Shown here: positions 12,971 to 25,491 of the stretch, in pieces
Numbering within the stretch: the stretch's first letter is position 1
Layout of the letters: every line of letters begins with the position of its first letter
Source of the DNA: Elsinoe ampelina
Lineage: Eukaryota
Length of the DNA stretch: 64,000 nt
Direction: 5' to 3'
Assembly: GCA_010093995.1 (NCBI GenBank)
Contig: ML992502.1
Span: forward strand, 635,717 to 699,716
Notes under the pieces: generated by a model
Told to the model about the DNA's origin: nothing
The model's database searches: none
Seen by the model: the letters and a program-made list of their open reading frames with translations, nothing else
Program-made: the position numbers and the translations under genes

Positions 12971-13491
12971 CTACGTCGCTTTGGCATACTTCCCCACCCA
13001 CTCCCTCGCCACCTTCTCAAACCCCTTGTAATCCCTCTTGTACTGATCCGCAATCCCCGCCTCCACGGCATCATCCGGCTGCGGCTCCTCCAGAATCGTC
13101 TTGACCAGCTTCAACACGTCGACGATCTTGTTGGGGGGCTTCCACTGATCGCTCCTCAGCATGCCGAGACAGATGCTCCCTTTGTCGTCGTTGGAGACGT
13201 TGGGGTGGTAGATTTTGGTCTTGAAGGAGAGGACGGGCGGTTTGAACGGGTAGTCTTTGGGGAGGGAGACTTCGATGTTGAAGACGCCGGGGGAGTAGAT
13301 GGAGGTTGAGGGGGCGGCGAGGGAGACGAGCCAGAGGTGGACGTTGGCTTCGTCGGGGAGGGTGACGGTGGTGCCGGGGAGGGGGGAGGTGGTGGCTTGG
13401 GAGAGTTCCTGGGGAGGGTTAGTGGGGGGTAATTGAGGGGTGGGAGGAGGGGGAGACTTGCGCTCATGATGCGTTTGTTGGCTTGTGCCAT
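12971..13491 (-). CDS. Ubiquitin-conjugating enzyme E2, 156 aa; GC-AG intron 13409-13461
   Basis: Spliced product MAQANKRIMS|ELSQA...DYPFKPP...KIYHPNVSNDDKGSICLGML, with the HPN motif and catalytic Cys. Confidence 0.92.
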
Positions 13492-14074
13492 TGTGGGTGA
13501 TGGGGACCCTGTGGGTGCTGCTTTGAGTTTTGAGAGTGAGAGTGAGAGAGAAAGGATGTGAAGGAGTGAAAGTGAGATAGGAAGGGAGTTGTTATAGCCG
13601 TTTGTGGAGAGATGGACAGCAGCAAGCAGCTCTAAATTCGAACGTCACTCCTCAGGCACCAGAACCCTTCATTCACGTGCAAACGCAAATGACGCTATAC
13701 TGCATTTGAACATGTGCAGCACCGCCAGCTCATGAACTGCTTTTTGATTGCTCGCCCTACGCGCCGCAACACGCTAAGATTTAGGCTGCCAGAACCAAGT
13801 TTACCTTGGATAAATACAAACAGTTCGGCCGCCATGTCGTCCTCTTTCTTCTCCCCCCCCCCACGCCCAATCCAAGGCCGACAACGACAACAAGCGACGA
13901 GACACCCAGCACCGGTGTCGAGAAGCTTGTCAAAAGGGAAACGCCAGGCTCCAGGCATCCCTTCACTCGGTCCTTCATGCTCAATCGCGTCGACTAACTC
14001 ACCCACACTCCTTTCAGACCGATCACTCTCTCCGTCGCTCGTTTTCAGGTCGTCACCTTCGTTAGATCCTCATC

Positions 14075-14905
14075 ATGTTCAAGCGATCTCACGACCGTGT
14101 TGGCAAGCTGAGGAAGCCCTCGAAGCGATCTTTCCGCGATGATGCCAAACTCAAGCTGCGCGAACAGATTAACGCTGAAGCCGGTCCGCCATCTGCGGGC
14201 TCGTCTCCTCGCCTGAACAGTGCGATTGTGACGATCGTTTGTGGCCCCGATCAGCGTCTGTTTGCCGCCCATGAGGATGTTCTGAGCCGCTCGCCGTTCT
14301 TCGCGGCAGCGTGTAAGGACATCTTCTACGGCAATGCTCCCAGGCGTCTCGCGCTCGTCGACGAGGAGCCAGAGGTTCTCTCCGCCGTACTCGAGTATCT
14401 GTACAAGGGTGACTACACCCCGCGTCTTCTGCACGACAAGAAGCGCAACACCTGGGTACTGGAGGATGGCGAGGAGCCTTATCCTACCAAGACAGCCGAT
14501 GGCCGGCACGTAGGTATGGAGTCTGCGACAATCTTCTCCCACAAGTTGGGAGAGACAGTGCTCCGGGACACGGCTGTATACTGCAGTGCAGAACGCTATG
14601 GACTTGACGAGTTGAAGCGCCTTGCTTTACGCAAGCAGGGCCTTCAGTCCGGCATCGATGTAGCGACAATCCTGCGCTCAGCTCGGTTCGCCTACCAGAA
14701 CACTCCCGAGACTGACTCCCGCCTGCGTGCTCATTACCTGGCTCTCATCATCCGCAGCCGCAAGACGTTTAAGCGCAGCGGAACCATGCAGATGGAATTG
14801 GAGAATGGTGGAAAGATGTTCTTCGACCTGTTTGTCGCCATGTGCAACCACATTGACGACTTGACCGACGCGGGCTCCGTCAGGGGCACGCCTCGTACGG
14901 TCTAA
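14075..14905 (+). CDS. BTB/POZ-domain protein
   Basis: IVTIVCGPDQRLFAAHEDVLSRSPFF...EPEVLSAVLEYLYKGDY...YCSAERYGLDELK; upstream exon(s) possible. Confidence 0.85.
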   Translation: MFKRSHDRVGKLRKPSKRSFRDDAKLKLREQINAEAGPPSAGSSPRLNSAIVTIVCGPDQRLFAAHEDVLSRSPFFAAACKDIFYGNAPRRLALVDEEPEVLSAVLEYLYKGDYTPRLLHDKKRNTWVLEDGEEPYPTKTADGRHVGMESATIFSHKLGETVLRDTAVYCSAERYGLDELKRLALRKQGLQSGIDVATILRSARFAYQNTPETDSRLRAHYLALIIRSRKTFKRSGTMQMELENGGKMFFDLFVAMCNHIDDLTDAGSVRGTPRTV

Positions 14906-15620
14906 GATGTACTCTGCACACGGCACTCGATAAGCAGTGACAAGATCATCTGCTCACCACAAACGAGATCGCCACCGATATTTGTCGTTTATTCCCCGCC
15001 AGCGCACTCCGACAGACTGGACAGCAACGAGTGCGCGGTCTGCTTTGTTTCCCTGCGTCTCATCAGACTGGACCACAACTCACTGCAACCTCTCTGCTCA
15101 CTCCGAACATGTCGCGTCCTGGCACTTCAAGGGACTAAAACACAAAAAAAATCGACGCGACCCTCGCTCCTCACTCCTTCCTGATCTACCTCTTTCCCCG
15201 TCCGGCAACCCTCAATTGCGTCAACCCTCAGAATGGAACCATTAATTTGGATATTTGTTTTACCAGGGACCGGACAACAACCAGGGGATGGAGGCAGACA
15301 GATTGATTACAACTGTTTTCAAACACTTTCACTTCGACTACGCCGTAGCTACGGCAGACAACAAGGGGACGGTAGCTTTTTCTTTTGTAATGGATGGCTG
15401 GTTCCGCTGGGATGCCAGATTTTGATTTCCCATGTCTAGTCGCGGGACGGACTACGTCCCAAGACAGCATGGATGGAGCAAGTCATTGGACGCTCAATCG
15501 CTCTTTTAGCTGCGGATGGAGGGTAATGGCAATTATGCGGCCCCCTCCAACATGTGCCCCTCTCCAATGCTGTGACATTATATCTCCAAATCGGCTTTAT
15601 ATCCATGACTTGGCCTTGGC

Positions 15621-16875
15621 TCATGCCACCTCCACCAACTCCTCCTCCTCATCTACCTCCACCACCTTGGGCACCCCAGGCACCTCCTCCCCCTCCCCTT
15701 CTTCATCCCTCATCACAACCTGAACCAACCTATCCACCGCCTCCCTCACCCCCTCATCATCGACCGCAACATGCAACTCCCTAACAACAGGATACACCTT
15801 CTTAGCCCTCAACACATCCCTGCCCTCCCTCGTGGTAGTCAACAACAACAACGTCTCCAAATGCGTCTTCACAATCTCCACATCCTTCTCCCTCTGCTTC
15901 TCCTCCCCAAGAAGCTGACACTCCTCCGGCATCCCTTCCGTGTCCTCATCAGCGTACTCCTCCCCTCCCATCAGTGGAAGCATGAGATACGGCAGCAGAT
16001 CCAGTCCGCCATCACTCTCCGCGCCAAGCAGCGTGACATGCGAAGGGACATCGAAGGCTACGTTCTTGATCGTGGACGCCACGCCCCGTCGCCTTATATC
16101 CGACTTGTGCTCCGTAAACACCACCAGTTTCGCCAAGGGCAGGACAGAACCGCCGTCTTCTCTGCGGGGCGTGAGGAGGTGTTTCCTCCCGTCATCATGC
16201 TGGGCTATATCCGCGAAAGTGTAGGAGAGATAATCAAAGTCTGCGTCGGGGTTATACGACCCCGAAGAGCCGCGGACGAAAAGGTCGAGGAGTTGGTCTA
16301 GAGCGAGGGTGGAGGGGGAGAGGGAGGGGACCGCGGGACGGGGGAGGGTGGGGAGGGAGGAGGCGAAGGGCCCGGATTTGGTGAGGTTGGGGAGGAGCAT
16401 GGAGAGGAGGTTGGCTGTTGGTTCGGTCTTGTGGGTGAGGCGGGAGAAGAGGGTGGAGGTGAAGGTCGTGTCGGTTGTGAGGGAGGTGAGGATTTCCGGG
16501 TCTTCGGAGAGGTTGATGAGCATTGTGATGGCGTTTTTGGCGATGGGCTGGGAAGGGGGTGAGCACGTGACTTGGAGTGGTGGGGAGGGGGGAGTACTGT
16601 GTAGTCTTTGATGAGGAGTTTGAGGTCTTTGATGGGTTCTAGTTGGTTTCGCTTGAAAAGATCTTGCTTTGCTGTCGAGTAGCCGACGAGGTTTTCCGCC
16701 GCTTGCATTGTTAGTGGCTGTAGGCGGCGGTTGTGAAGCATTTTGAAGCCTTACCGATCTGGCGGATTTGTGTATTTCCATGGTGCAAGAATTCCACGAG
16801 CTTCGTAGGCGGTCAGTATTCTTGGTCGCTTGAGAGACTTCAATTGATAATCACCTCTTCTAATTCTGTCGGCAT
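15621..16875 (-). CDS. HGH1: Hgh1 (DUF383/DUF384, FAM203) eEF2 chaperone; three short 5' introns
   Basis: Exons MPTELEE | LVEFLHHGNTQIRQI | AAENLVGYS... | PIAKNAITMLINLS; DFDYLSYTFADI, IRRRGVASTIKNVAF, HLETLLLL. Confidence 0.88.
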
Positions 16876-17784
16876 TTTGTACGGTGTTTGGTGAGAAATG
16901 CTGGCAGAAGCGACCAAAATTTTTGAGTGGCGTCTGATGGCTCAGATTCAGGTGCCACAATGTCTCAGCCTAATCCTGTCCCACAGCATCACCCCTTCGT
17001 CAACTGCATTCTCGATGTTTATGCTCAAGATACCATTGACGCGTTGAGCCTCGGACCTTGGGATTAGAGCACACAACTCATCACACGCCATTCTGGACTA
17101 TGGCTGTGATGTGTGTACGCTCGCTGTCAAGGGCTTCCTTGGTAGGCCACCACGAATGAGCCATACCCTGATTCAGCGACGTCTTGCCTTCCCTTGGTAG
17201 GATCCCCCTCGATCTTTGACTGAGCCCACCATTGTCACTTGACACGACAATCAGCTCATTACAGTACCATCCCGCGACCGTCCAGTTCAGGCAATTAGCT
17301 ACGAGCATTAGATGCGGCTCAACCTCAATACGAACATCTGATACAGGCACGGAAAAGTCAAAGCCCCGCTTTCGCCCTGCGTAAACGTTCGCATCTCTGG
17401 CAGTTCTGCATCCTGTACATCGTATATCTCTTGAAAATTCCGGAGCTAGAGAGCTCGGCAGTTGGCGACATGGATCTCGCAAGTGACGCGGGATAGACTT
17501 CAAGGGTGGTCACTGATTCTCTTTTTCATTCACTACGTGAAGATTGCCCTATCACCACCCCGAAAAGACAGGTGAGACATGCAGAGGCTTGACCTCCATC
17601 CTCCCCAGGCTACTTGTAAGGGGGTCACAAAACCATAGTCTAGCATGAAACAAAGGTACAGAGCATTACCCTTTCGTACAAGCCCTACCCGGAAATCCGG
17701 GCTCGAGTCAGATGGTATAAACATGGCGAACATGGCCATGCACTTTCACAGTCATCTCTTCGAGTCTTTCCTCTCGGTATCGTA

Positions 17785-19719
17785 ATGCATACTCTAATCC
17801 TGTTTCTCGGAATCTTGGGCTTCGCTGCCGCCAGCCCGAAGCAAGAGTTCCAATACAAACGACAATCAATCTGGAATGGTCTCTGGAATGGCTTTATTGG
17901 CATGTTTGGCGTCACGCAGACATACGACTACGTGATCATTGGTGGTGGTACCGCGGGCCTCACTATGGCCAATCGGCTTTCAGCGAACAGCAAGATCACG
18001 GTCGCTGTCATCGAAGCGGGAACATACTACCAGGCGGCGAATCCGGTGCTTTCTCAAACACCTGCCGGCGATGTCTTGTTTGTCGGCAGCGACCCTGCTG
18101 ACAACAACCCACTCGTCGACTGGAGCTTCGTTACGACTCCACAAGCAGGAGCTAACGGGAGACGAATCAGATATGCTCGAGGTAAATGTCTTGGTGGAAG
18201 GTAAGGACAACACATCCTCCATACAGTGTCACAAAGCTAATGAACTACAAGCTCAGCCCGTAACTTCATGATCTACCAAAGACCTGATCGTGGATCCATG
18301 CAGAAGTGGGCAGACGACGTCGGTGATCAGAGCTTCACTTGGGACAACATGCAACAGTACTTTCGCAAATCAGCTAGATTCACACCGCCCAACACGACCA
18401 AAAGAGCAAGCAATGCTACCACAAAGTTCAACGCAGGTGCCTTTTCAGCAGCAGGATCGCCGTTATCTGTATCATACGCCAACTATGCTGGGCCCTTTTC
18501 TTCCTGGATGGAAAAGGGGTTCAGCGCCATCGGTATGCCGGTCGCCGAGGACTTCAACAGTGGCGAACTCAACGGCCACCAATACTGCAGTTCGACAATC
18601 GACCCAGCAAAGCAACAACGAGACTCTTCTCAAACAGCCTTCCTACAACCCACAGCCGGCCGACGCAACCTCAAAGTCTACACCGGCACAACAGCCAAGA
18701 AGATCATCTTCGACAACAACAAAAGAGCCACCGGAGTCGACGTGGCCACCGTCGGCTTCTCCAACTATCGTCTCAATGCCCGCCGTGAAGTCATCCTCTC
18801 AGCCGGAGCCTTCCAATCCCCCCAACTCCTCATGCTATCCGGCATCGGCCCGGCCTCCACCCTCAACCGCTTCAACATCCCCATCATCGCCGACCGCCCC
18901 GGCGTAGGCCAAAACCTCACCGACCACATCTTCTTCGGCCCCACCTACCGTACCGTCGTCGAAACCTTCACCCGCCTCTCCAACGACCTCCTCTACGTCG
19001 CCGCCCAATTCGCAATCCCCTACACCGTCCAAAAATCCGGGCCCCTCACCAACCCCGTCTGCGACTACCTCGGGTGGGAAAAACTGCCCCGCTCCCTCCT
19101 CCCCTCCTCGACAGCCACAACCCTCGGCTCCCTCCCCGCCTCGTGGCCCGAAATCGAATACCTCTCCGCGCCGGGCTACGTGGGTTCTTTCTCCAACCTC
19201 TTCACCACCCAACCCAAGGACGGCTTCCAATACGCCACCATCCTCGCCGCCCTCGTCGCCCCTTTCTCGCGAGGCACCGTCACCCTCTCCTCCGCCTCCC
19301 CGTCCGACCTCCCCCTCGTCGACCCCAACTGGCTCACCCACCCCGTCGACGCCGCCGTCGCCGTGGCGGCGTACAAGCGCGTCCGCCAGGCTTTCGCTTC
19401 CGACGCCATGAGGCCTGGTCTGGCGGACGACGGGAGGGAGTACTTCCCCGGCACGGACAAGGCGGGGGATGACGCGGGGATTTTGGAGGCCATCAGGGGG
19501 TCGTTGCACACGGTTTGGCACGCGAGTTGTACGTGTCGCATGGGGAGGAGGGAGGATGGGAATGCGGTCGTGGATGCGAGGGGGGATGTTATTGGGGTCA
19601 CGGGGTTGAAGGTCGTGGATGCCAGTGCGTTTGCGTTGTTGCCGCCTGGGCATCCGCAGAGTGTGGTTTATGCTTTGGCGGAGAAGGTGGCGGATGAGAT
19701 TTTGAAGGGGGTTCAGTGA
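17785..19719 (+). CDS. Secreted GMC oxidoreductase (AA3); intron 18201-18251
   Basis: Signal peptide, YDYVIIGGGTAG, RGKCLGGS|SARN, EVILSAGAFQSPQLLMLSGIG, catalytic WHASCT and GHPQ. Confidence 0.93.
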
Positions 19720-20015
19720 TGGGGTTGAGAATGGGCGGAGAGGGGTGGGACGGGGGAGGTCACGGCGCATCGAGGGTCACTGGGGGGAAGGTCACGGGAG
19801 TAGATGGAAGGAGGGTTTTGATTGTTGTATTTGGCTTGTCTGAAGCCGGGTATCATATGTTACCATGACCATGCTGTGCGTAAGTATATCATTTATAATC
19901 ATGCTTGCATCGTAAGCTCATGTGAGAGCTGGCCTCCATGGCCGAACAAAGGAAAATCTGTTGTATCGTTCAATCATCTCTCGGTATATCATAGTCCGTT
20001 GTCCGTGGGAACCTC

Positions 20016-21581
20016 TTAGAAAAAGTTGCCTCCAAGAAGGAATCTGCCCTGAGTGGTCCTGCCCTCCTGGTCTACGATCTCGACCCTGCGACCGTTGAGG
20101 AGAGGCCTGTCCCTACCCAAGCTGTAGTCGATGGGTGGGTGAACGTCCTCGTTGATGGCATTGACCAAATCCCTGCCCAATGCAGACTTGACTTTCTGCT
20201 CAAAGGCCAAGTCGTCATCAGTCTCCATTTGGAGTCCACAGTCAGTCGGGTCGAAGGCCTCCTGTCCTTGGTAAGGAAAAAAGCCTGGATCAGCTCTGGT
20301 CTGACGAGTGGTCTCGCCGCCATAGAGAGCGGTCTCGGTGAAGCCATCGTCCTCGTAATCGCGAATCAAGTCGGGGCGGAAATAGAGATCCGTGAAGCTG
20401 TCACGCAGAGGAGTAGTGTCGTCGTAGTGAGTCGGGAGCTGAAGAGGGGCTTTGCCACCGTTTGGGAGTCCGGAGAGCTTCCGACTGAACCTAGACGTCT
20501 TGGAAGACCCGGTCTCAGGGCGATTGTCACTTCCTCGCTCGTGGGCAACTTCGCTGGCGAGTTGATGATAACGCTCCTCAAGAGAGATTGGACCGTACAT
20601 GTTGAGTGGATAAGTGCTCTTGTTGGAAGACATGGGCGAGACGGTGCTATCGGTGTAGGCGATGGGGATGACATCGTACTTGCCGTCCCCCAGAGCTGAA
20701 ATTCCACTAGAGCGTGAGGAAAGCGAGTCGCGAGCCTCGTAGTGGTCGTTGGTGCGAGTCGTGGATGCACGAGTGGGGAATGGCATGTTGCCATAGCTTG
20801 GTTGGCAACTCACCGGCTCACGTGGCTGAGAGTTGCCCGCCATGTAGCGGTCGACATAATCGCGACGCATATCGCCGATGTGAGACTCGAAACCAGGGCT
20901 GCCGTCGTGTTGCGCAATCGTAGACAGAGCTGGAAAGGTAAGAGTCTGCCCGTGTGAGTTCATCATGTGATTTACCTGGTGTGAAGTCGGGCGACCGAAG
21001 AATTCGTCAGGTGAGAGCAGACGTGAAGCGTCAGGAAGAGGGTTGGTGACGGAGTGAGATCCTAAGCCAGCGGACTGGCGAGAGTGTTGCTCAAGGATGG
21101 TCCTTGTCAGTTGGACACCTCTGTATACAGCAGGTGGTGGTGGAAGAAGGGGCGAGTCGCGCGCAAAGTCGACGCGAGCGTGAAGGTCAAAAGATTGGTG
21201 AGGAGAGTCTGAAAGCTGTCCGCCTGGGAAAAAGACCGCGTTGGGAGCAGCGACTGCGGCAGAAGAAAGTTCGACGTCTTCGCCACGTGATTCGCGACCA
21301 CTTGGGTTAGCATCTTCGCCTCGACCTCCGCGACGCCTGCGCCCCCCACATAGCCCAGAGATCCCTTGGACCACGAATGAGATACACAAAGCCATTGGGC
21401 AGACGAGGAAGGAGAAAATGCAGAGAGCCGCAGAGACAATGCAGATGATCAGCAAGACGCGATACTTGTGAGGATTAGACTGGTTTACGGCCGCGCTGAC
21501 ACCGAATGTGAGGACTTGAGTAGCGAAAAAGAAGGCGACGAAACAAATTTTGCGTGAAAAGATCGTGTCGATAATGCCCAT
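20016..21581 (-). CDS. Hypothetical protein with two N-terminal transmembrane helices and a long disordered tail
   Basis: Long ORF; hydrophobic ICFVAFFFATQVLTFGVSAA and VLLIICIVSAALCIFSFLV. Start uncertain (ATG 21581 chosen). Confidence 0.6.
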   Translation of the reverse strand: MGIIDTIFSRKICFVAFFFATQVLTFGVSAAVNQSNPHKYRVLLIICIVSAALCIFSFLVCPMALCISFVVQGISGLCGGRRRRGGRGEDANPSGRESRGEDVELSSAAVAAPNAVFFPGGQLSDSPHQSFDLHARVDFARDSPLLPPPPAVYRGVQLTRTILEQHSRQSAGLGSHSVTNPLPDASRLLSPDEFFGRPTSHQVNHMMNSHGQTLTFPALSTIAQHDGSPGFESHIGDMRRDYVDRYMAGNSQPREPVSCQPSYGNMPFPTRASTTRTNDHYEARDSLSSRSSGISALGDGKYDVIPIAYTDSTVSPMSSNKSTYPLNMYGPISLEERYHQLASEVAHERGSDNRPETGSSKTSRFSRKLSGLPNGGKAPLQLPTHYDDTTPLRDSFTDLYFRPDLIRDYEDDGFTETALYGGETTRQTRADPGFFPYQGQEAFDPTDCGLQMETDDDLAFEQKVKSALGRDLVNAINEDVHPPIDYSLGRDRPLLNGRRVEIVDQEGRTTQGRFLLGGNFF

Positions 21582-21820
21582 ACTGCCAGAGCAGGACGAA
21601 TGAGGACGATCAAGACAACCAATTTGGTTCGGGAAGAGTGAAAAAGGTGGATTGGTGAAGGGGCGTACAACAAGGGAGTTATATGCTTCATGTGAGACAG
21701 TAGATGCGTGACGATATGAGACCACCTACGACTGAAGCCTTGAGAATGTCACACGTATAACAAAGGGGATCAAATCGATACTCTTTGTCGAGAGAAGTGC
21801 ATTGTATTGATCTTTGTCTA

Positions 21821-23416
21821 CTACAATGCCCTTCTACTCAACCTCCTTGTCTCTCTTTGTCGTTGCTGCTTCATAGCATCACGTCGTCTTTGTTTCCAAC
21901 TCTGATTCAGCTCTGATCGTCTTTCGTAGAACCCCTTTTTCCAAGCGCTCTTCTCATTGGTCGTGTATGAGGTGTCGGCCACGTCGGCCGATCGAGACAC
22001 GTCGGGCGTCTCATCTTGCTCGTCCTCCTCGTCCTCATCATCGTCCATTTCGGCGAAAAATTTCCGCGATGCAACGGCAGTATCTGGTGTGGGTGCTGCA
22101 CTTCGGATCCCTCTGAACCTCAAGTCTTGTTGAGTGAAAGGAGTCTGAGGGATTGTATTGCTTTCTCCCTTTGGCACTGGCTCGTCATTATCAGCCTCGA
22201 AGAAGGAGAATGATGTCTTGATTGGAGCGGGCTTCGGCAGGTCTTCTGGTCGACGCTTGTACAGAGCCTCTAGTGGATGAATGGGTTTCTGAAAATTGGC
22301 GTCTCCCGTCTCTGCGCCATTGAGAGCAGGCGTTGGTGCTTCTGTGCTCGGTGCGATCAGTGGCTCAGAGACAAGCTTTGATACTGTAGCATCCACAGGC
22401 TCCAAAGCAGTAGGGGGTGTCGTGCGTTGCCCTACGGAGTTTTCCGAAGCCTCGGAGGATGAAGAGCTAGCATCAGAGTCGGAATCAGAGTCCGAGTCAG
22501 ATTCCGAGTCGCTCGAGAGCTCCGAGTCAGATGAGACAGAAGATGAGTCTGTGGCATCCTTAGGTTGTGCCACTGCACTTTGCGCTTCCAAAGTCGATGT
22601 TGGCTTCGTCTCCAATCCTTTGATACCGAGAGCGTCACCACCAGATGAGAAAGCCGCTTTCCTTGCGGCGACTGTCCGTCTAGTTGATCTCACGGCTTCG
22701 ACGACGTTCCCTTCCTCGTCGACCCAGCCCTGACCATCCACAAATGTCGTTGGTCTGCTGTCCTTCTCGAGCGCTGCCTGCTTGATAAAGGTCGGCACCT
22801 TTGTGCTCTTCTCAAACTCGTGCACCACCAGGGGCTTGGTAGAAGTTGACTTTGACCCAATCTTGGTCTTCGACTTGGTTTCTTCCACTTTCTTGCCTGT
22901 TCGGAATAATAACTCTTCTTTGTCGGTATACTTTGACTTTTCTCGCTTCACCTCTTTGGAGTCCTTAGATTCCTTGCTCTTCTTCGTTGCTTTGACATTA
23001 GGATCAGTCCAACCTCGCTTGATCTTCCTATCTGTAGGTAGCTCAACGCCCGGGATCTCTTTGTTCACGTCCTTTGATTTGCTCTGCTTCTTCGCCTTCT
23101 TTTGCGGCCGCTCAGTTTCAGGCTCTACATCCTTCTGTGCCGCTTTTCTCTTCTCCGGCCGAGCCTTCTCTATGCTCATTTTGCTACCTTTAAGTATAGC
23201 GCCGTTCAACTTGCTCCGAAGCTTATCGGCCTCGTTCGAAGGTAGTTCGATATAACCAAAGCCTTTGTCTGGATCTGATTGTGTCTTGTGGTACGAAATC
23301 GAGGTCGCGAGCGACTGTCTTGTGCGTGGTATAATCGAGTCAAGGAGAGCCGGACTAAAGGGTGTGATATGGAGGCGGGTTGTTGGAAGGTGGGATGCGG
23401 CTGCAGCCTTACTCAT
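21821..23416 (-). CDS. Putative nucleolar protein with an N-terminal RRM-like domain (Nop8/NOL8-like) and Ser/acidic tracts
   Basis: RLHITPF...KGFGYIEL...LNGAILKGSKMSIEKARP; Lys-rich and SDSD tracts; basic C-terminus. Confidence 0.7.
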   Translation of the reverse strand: MSKAAAASHLPTTRLHITPFSPALLDSIIPRTRQSLATSISYHKTQSDPDKGFGYIELPSNEADKLRSKLNGAILKGSKMSIEKARPEKRKAAQKDVEPETERPQKKAKKQSKSKDVNKEIPGVELPTDRKIKRGWTDPNVKATKKSKESKDSKEVKREKSKYTDKEELLFRTGKKVEETKSKTKIGSKSTSTKPLVVHEFEKSTKVPTFIKQAALEKDSRPTTFVDGQGWVDEEGNVVEAVRSTRRTVAARKAAFSSGGDALGIKGLETKPTSTLEAQSAVAQPKDATDSSSVSSDSELSSDSESDSDSDSDSDASSSSSEASENSVGQRTTPPTALEPVDATVSKLVSEPLIAPSTEAPTPALNGAETGDANFQKPIHPLEALYKRRPEDLPKPAPIKTSFSFFEADNDEPVPKGESNTIPQTPFTQQDLRFRGIRSAAPTPDTAVASRKFFAEMDDDEDEEDEQDETPDVSRSADVADTSYTTNEKSAWKKGFYERRSELNQSWKQRRRDAMKQQRQRETRRLSRRAL

Positions 23417-23690
23417 GACCCTAGGAATTCGAAACCCACGGCGGGGTAGATGTGATGATAGAAGAATTGGCCGGCTCTTATTATGATTAGCCAGTACATA
23501 TGCCGAGGAGAAAAGTTTCGGAGCCAAAAGCAATGCTGATACGCGCTGTGGTGAGAATGGTCGTTGAAGTGAAGAACAGACCTTCAACAAATGCAGATCC
23601 CGCGGCAAGCCAGCCAAGCTTTATTCCGCTCCGGTGCTTGACCACCGGTGGGTCCTCCACCACCTCTCTTCCAACCCATCGGACATCGCG

Positions 23691-24236
23691 ATGCCCACTA
23701 CCGGTCGCCGGCTGTGGCTACTACTGGCAGCACTCCTGGCTATAATAACAGTGGTGCAGGCAGCAAGTCAGTCCCTCTAACCCGTGCTGTTGATCCTCAC
23801 TGACATGCTTTCAGCACCGACATCATTCTGCAAATGCACCTGCTTTTCGAATAGCACCCTGATTCAGCTCACGGGTACCACAGATCCGGACGATGTCAAG
23901 GACAAGAAGGGCAAATATTTGATGAAGGCCGGCACGTGCGAGGACTGCAATCGACAATTCTGCTTGAAGCACGAGCTTCCGATTTGCGAAAAGGCAAAAG
24001 AGGAGAACGTATTCACAACATGTTTTCAGAGAGATTCGAGGAAGGATGAAGCGGTCGTCTTCATCTTCATATTTGCTACAGCGGGACTGTTAGCTTGGGC
24101 GGCTATACGACCATGGGCGCAACCGTGGATAGACGTATGTTCGCGCACAGGGGAAGCTTCACAATGGCACTGATTGCAGACACAGTCACGAACATCACGC
24201 AAAGACTACATAGCAGTCAATGATGAAGGGCAATGA
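23691..24236 (+). CDS. Small Cys-rich type I membrane protein; two introns
   Basis: Signal peptide, FCKCTCF...CEDCNRQFC...CFQRDS, then TM helix VVFIFIFATAGLLAWAAI; first intron 23767-23814, second starts GTATGT at ~24135. Confidence 0.75.
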
Positions 24237-24384
24237 TACATGGGTTTTATGCATGGCCAAGGCGTTCGATCGAATCAGGGGAACTCTGTTGGTCTAGATA
24301 CCTCTGCTGTACATTGATATACATGCCTGCAAGTTGTACAAGATTGTGCGCGAGGCGTAGTTGTCATCATCTACAAGACTGGCG

Positions 24385-25238
24385 CTACCGACCAGTGACC
24401 CAGTTAAACCAACTTCTGGACTGATCCGAGATGGCGTCGACTGAGGCCTGAGCCTGTCTGTCAAGTGGTCCTCCGATCCTAGCAGTCACTGGCTGCCGTA
24501 CGCCCTCCTTGACTTTGGATACCGCCGTTTGTACCGTCGGGCTGATGTCCTCGAGGAAGCCAGATGCTTGTTCCGCAGGAGGTGGTGCCACAGTCCGTTG
24601 CTGTGTTGCTCGGACCTCCGCCATTATTCTACCACCTTGCTGCTCCTCTTTCTCCAACCCGCCAAACAATCCCTCTTTGGCTCTCGAAAAGATGCCCTTC
24701 TTCGCCTTGCGCTCAGCCTCGGCCTCCTGAGCTGCTCGCTCTCGATTGAGCAGTAACATCTGGTCGTCATTTGCGATGCCTCTCGCGGCTGCTGTTCTTG
24801 CCTCTTCGAGAAGCTTGGCTGATTTCTCCTGTTGTTCCTGCAGCCATTCCTTTCGCTTCCGTCGGTTATGAATGAGCATGTCTCCTATCGAGAACGTTGC
24901 GAAGACACCACAGACGACTGTATCTGATTAGACTACTCCAAGTAACGTATCCGTGGAATATATTACGTACCAGTCAATCCTATTAATCCCCATGCTGTCG
25001 TCCGATGTGCCCGGTCTGCCCATACTCTCCCCACTCGTACTAATTTATCGAATGATGATTCTTGACCTCTCTTTGCCGCGGCTGCTGCGGCTCGTAATCG
25101 AGCTATCTTTTGCTGTGGGGTCTCATTCTGTGGTGCTGACGGTCCTATCGATATAGAAGATGCTACCGAGGATGGTTTGGATGTAGCATATGGTCCCGTT
25201 GCTGTGAAGCGAGTCGCATCCGACGCCGATCGCGGCAT
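24385..25238 (-). CDS. Cox14-domain (cytochrome c oxidase assembly) protein; one intron near 24925-24970
   Basis: MPRSASDATRFT...GRVWADRAHRTTAWGLIGLT|...FSIGDMLIHNRRKRKEW. Confidence 0.7.
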
Positions 25239-25491
25239 AACACCTGGTATGTCGGCTCCAGTAAGATTCTTAATCCTTCGAGGGCTCAAGGTTCCGGAGT
25301 ATATGCAATGTCGCTGTACTATTATGTTAGATCGAGATGTGTTGTGGAATCTTTGCGGAAACTTTGTTCTTGCACGTCACTTTGTTGGTCCGTGCTTCTT
25401 CATGGACAGGGGATCATTTTGCGTGCTACCTGCTCGAACAAACATCTTCTGTGCTTTGTTGTGCTGGCTGCGAGGAAATGGATCGATCGTG

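Noticed and set aside
18835..19770. 311-aa antisense ORF and similar overlapping ORFs (e.g. 2106-2978, 30678-31727, 48217-49068, 48879-49739)
   Set aside because: Shadow frames of real GC-rich or skewed genes; low complexity and no motifs.
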